From Burkholderiales bacterium (lineage in GTDB: Bacteria; Pseudomonadota; Gammaproteobacteria; Burkholderiales; SG8-41): 36,121 bases of DNA. Below the pieces are notes generated by a model. The model had not been told where the DNA came from, made no database searches, and saw only the letters and a program-made list of their open reading frames with translations. Every line of letters begins with the position of its first letter. Within the stretch, counting starts at the first letter, position 1. Location: the NCBI GenBank assembly GCA_019746155.1, contig JAIESJ010000090.1, positions 1 to 36,121 of the forward strand, written 5' to 3'. The position numbers and the translations under genes are program-made. Of the stretch, positions 31,186 to 36,121 are shown in pieces.

Positions 31186-32679
31186 GTGGAATTTAGCATA
31201 AAAAGCACCCCCCCGGGACAGGCAAAAAACGGTTGCGCCGTGGTCGGCGTTTTTGAATCGCGCAAACTCGCCGCCGCCGCCGCCGTACTTGACCGCGCCA
31301 CCGGAGGTTTTGTGAGCGCAATCGTGCGCCGCGGCGACATGGAAGGCAGGCTCGGCACCACACTGCTGCTGTACAACGCGCCCCATGTCGCATGCGAGCG
31401 CGTGCTGCTGGTCGGACTCGGACGCGAATCCGAGTTCCGTGACAGGCAATATCGCGAGGCCGTCGCAGCTGCAGTGAAGGCCCTCGCCGCAACGGGCGCC
31501 AAAGACGCCGAGTTGCATCTGCCGGCGCTCGCGGTGGGCAAGCGCGACGCGACCTGGCGCATCCTGCATGCAGCTGCGGTTGCGCGCGAGACCATCTACC
31601 GCTTCGATCAGATGAAGAGCAAAACGGATGCGCCACAGGCGGCGTTGCGCCGGCTCGTGCTGGGCATCGGTGACAAAGCCGAGCAACGGCTCGCCGAGCA
31701 CGGACTCGAACAGGGATTGGCGATTGCCCATGGCGTGGGCCTCGCGAAGGATCTGGGCAATCTGCCCGGCAACGTCTGCACCCCGACCTATCTCGCCGAG
31801 CAGGCGCGCAATCTCGCCAGGCGCTATCGCATGAGAATCCAGGTGCTGGAGCGCGAAGATATGGAAAAGCTCGGCATGGGCGCGCTGCTGTCGGTGGCGC
31901 GCGGCAGCGCCCAACCCCCCAAGCTGATCACGCTCGAATATCGCGGCGGCGCGAAATCGGCGAAGCCGGTCGTGCTGGTCGGCAAAGGCGTTACTTTCGA
32001 CACCGGCGGCATTTCGCTCAAACCCGCGCCGGAAATGGACGAGATGAAGTTCGACATGTGCGGCGCGGCGAGCGTGCTCGGCACTTTAAAAGCGGCTGCC
32101 GAAATGAAACTGCCGATGAACGTGGTCGGCGTCATCCCCGCCACCGAGAACATGCCCGGCGGCCGCGCCACCAAGCCCGGCGATATCGTCACCAGCATGT
32201 CGGGACAGACCATAGAGATTCTCAACACCGACGCCGAGGGGCGGCTCATCCTGTGCGATGCGCTGACCTATGCCGAGCGCTTCAGTCCCGCCGCGGTAGT
32301 GGACATCGCGACGCTCACCGGAGCCTGCGTCATTGCGCTGGGCCATGTTGCAAGCGGGTTGTTCGCCAACGATGATGCGCTTGCCCGGGAATTGCTCGCG
32401 GCGGGCGATGCGGCCTACGACCGTGCCTGGCACATGCCGCTGTGGGACGACTATCAGGAACAGCTCAAGAGCAATTTCGCCGATTTCGCCAACATCGGCG
32501 GCCGACCGGCCGGCAGCGTGACCGCGGCGTGTTTTCTTGCGCGCTTCACCAAAAAACTCAAGTGGGCGCATCTCGACATCGCCGGCACCGCCTGGAAATC
32601 GGGCAAGGACAAAGGCGCGACCGGCCGGCCGGTGCCGCTGCTCACCCAGTTCCTGATCAACCGCGCTCAGAAGCGGTGA
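31186..32679 (+). CDS. pepA: Leucyl aminopeptidase (M17)
   Basis: It uses a GTG start with AGGAG 7 nt upstream. It contains VGKGVTFDTGGISLKP and NTDAEGRLILCDAL. Confidence 0.95.
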   Translation: MEFSIKSTPPGQAKNGCAVVGVFESRKLAAAAAVLDRATGGFVSAIVRRGDMEGRLGTTLLLYNAPHVACERVLLVGLGRESEFRDRQYREAVAAAVKALAATGAKDAELHLPALAVGKRDATWRILHAAAVARETIYRFDQMKSKTDAPQAALRRLVLGIGDKAEQRLAEHGLEQGLAIAHGVGLAKDLGNLPGNVCTPTYLAEQARNLARRYRMRIQVLEREDMEKLGMGALLSVARGSAQPPKLITLEYRGGAKSAKPVVLVGKGVTFDTGGISLKPAPEMDEMKFDMCGAASVLGTLKAAAEMKLPMNVVGVIPATENMPGGRATKPGDIVTSMSGQTIEILNTDAEGRLILCDALTYAERFSPAAVVDIATLTGACVIALGHVASGLFANDDALARELLAAGDAAYDRAWHMPLWDDYQEQLKSNFADFANIGGRPAGSVTAACFLARFTKKLKWAHLDIAGTAWKSGKDKGATGRPVPLLTQFLINRAQKR

Positions 32680-32749
32680 ATCGTAAATGGTGAATCGAAC
32701 CCGAGACGCAGACGGTAACGATTTACCATTCACTATTCACCATTCACCC
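32675..32749. repeat. GTGAAT/ATTCAC heptamer-type hairpin between pepA and holC
   Basis: GGTGAATCGTAAATGGTGAATCG (which contains the pepA TGA stop), a 21-nt spacer, then CGATTTACCATTCACTATTCACCATTCACCC, ending 5 nt before the holC ATG. Confidence 0.6.
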
Positions 32750-32754
32750 GCAAG

Positions 32755-33183
32755 ATGACGCAGATCGATTTCTACACCCACGTCGAAGACAAGCTGCACA
32801 CCGCCTGCCGGCTCGCGGCCAAGGCGTTCAATCACGGCCTGCGCGTGGTGGTGTTCTGTCCGGAAGCGGAGACCGCGCAGCGCTTCGACCGCCTGCTGTG
32901 GACAACGCCTGCGATCAGCTTCATTCCGCACTGTTTCCCCGGCGACCCGCTGGCGCCGGTGACGCCGGTCATCATCGATCACGACGGCGGCGACCCGCCG
33001 CACGATCAGGTGCTGCTCAATCTGCGCGAGGAATGGCCGCCTTTTTTCAGCCGTTTCCAGCGCCTGATCGAAATCGTGAGCCGCGACGACGGAGATCGCA
33101 AGGGCGCACGCGAGCGCTTCAAATTCTATCGCGACCGCGGCTACGAAATCCGCACCCACGATTTGTCCAAGTTGAATGAATAG
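32755..33183 (+). CDS. holC: DNA polymerase III chi subunit
   Basis: MTQIDFYTHVEDKLHTACRLAAKAFNHGLRVVVFCPE..., 142 aa, in the pepA-holC-valS synteny. Confidence 0.88.
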   Translation: MTQIDFYTHVEDKLHTACRLAAKAFNHGLRVVVFCPEAETAQRFDRLLWTTPAISFIPHCFPGDPLAPVTPVIIDHDGGDPPHDQVLLNLREEWPPFFSRFQRLIEIVSRDDGDRKGARERFKFYRDRGYEIRTHDLSKLNE

Positions 33184-33268
33184 ACAGGATTGACATGATT
33201 TCAAGAACACCGGAATCCTCAACTCAAGGCAATCTTGTTAATCCTGTCCATTAAAGCCTGCTGCGGCG

Positions 33269-33910
33269 ATGGCACAGAACCCGACCCGGAACGAAGAAAG
33301 CGAAGACCTGCTCAAGCGTGCTGACGCACTGCTCGCGCGTCATCGCCGTCCGGCGGCGGATGCGCCGGGGAACGGGGCCACGCCACCGGCCTGTGACGAT
33401 GCCGGCGTACCACTGCTCACTGAAATCGTCGACGCCGGAACCGGTACAGCCGATATTCCGGTGCTGACCGAAATCGTTGTTCCCGAAATACCGGCGGCCT
33501 CCGTCACCGCAGCGCTACGGGACGCGCCCGCCGCGGCACCGGCGCCCGACCTCCCGCCGCAACCGGCACTGCAGACCGAAGTCATCTCCCGCGTGCAGGT
33601 GCAGAACCTCGAACACGGCGTCTATCAGAAGCTGAAAAAAGACCTCGACGATCACATTGCCGGCGTGGTGCAGGAGCGTTTCATGCCGGATATCGGCGCC
33701 GCGCTTGATCAGGCACTACAGAAAATCACGCACAGCCTCAAGGCCGATATCAGCGCCATGGTGCGCGCCTCGATCGAGGAAACGCTGCAGACACAGATCC
33801 GGAACCTGCGGCTCGCTCTCGAATCCGGGCCTGCAGGCGGGCCCGATGCTCCGTCCGGGTCGGGTATAATGCCGGCTTTCTCCGAATCGCCTCCCCCTGC
33901 GCCACAACAC
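33269..33910 (+). CDS. Hypothetical protein ORF (214 codons) with no stop codon, continuing in frame into valS
   Basis: It runs from the ATG at 33269 after an in-frame TAA at 33239. It starts [27 protein letters not shown], carries the duplicated motif VPLLTEIV / IPVLTEIV, a Pro/Ala linker and a helical C-terminal part (...[19 protein letters not shown]). A low-complexity stretch then leads to the valS ATG. It is absent from the ORF track because the frame never closes in the window. Confidence 0.5.

Positions 33911-36121
<2,211 letters not shown>

Noticed and set aside
33340-33585. Minus-strand 81-aa ORF (and plus-strand 33657..33869) in the holC-valS interval.
   Set aside because: They are Ala/Gly/Ser-rich shadows of the plus-strand frame that reads through from 33269 into valS.

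Overview
This is a GC-rich chromosomal segment whose gene content and synteny look betaproteobacterial. The conserved blocks are ispB<>rplU-rpmA-obg-proB, ilvI-ilvH-ilvC-psd-pssA-leuA, and lptF-lptG<>pepA-holC-(ORF)-valS. Other genes include proS, rppH, a PilS-like kinase, a rubrerythrin/Fe-S/DUF3501 operon and an ECF sigma module. Both window edges cut open genes that the ORF track omits because they have no stop inside the window: the PilS-like kinase (1-1393, minus) and valS (33911-36121, plus). Most long ORFs in the track are antisense shadows typical of high-GC DNA. The only clearly accessory DNA is a ~1.8-kb decayed integrative islet between a 45-bp duplicated tRNA-Pro 3' fragment (2354-2398) and the intact tRNA-Pro(CGG) (4198-4274). 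It carries an IS200-type tnpA, a truncated and frameshifted integrase remnant and a BrnT/BrnA-like toxin-antitoxin pair. I did not find a convincing multi-gene defence-type novel system. The signals most worth a second look are: (1) a family of intergenic hairpin elements whose arms are tandem heptamer arrays (GTGAAGG / CCTTCAC and relatives), sitting exactly between stop and start codons of co-directional genes; (2) an ~84-nt double-palindrome inserted in frame inside valS; (3) a 214-codon ORF with no stop codon running in frame into the valS ATG; (4) an ECF sigma gene with no ATG/GTG/TTG at its conserved N-terminus (probable CTG start), heading an uncharacterised sigma-DUF3619-DUF3106-RDD module; (5) the rubrerythrin/CCG Fe-S/DUF3501 operon with an upstream palindrome; (6) a YihY-family gene with an apparent in-frame internal deletion; (7) a Leu-rich 29-codon mini-ORF upstream of leuA. 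All family names come from my own reading of the translations. No database search was run.
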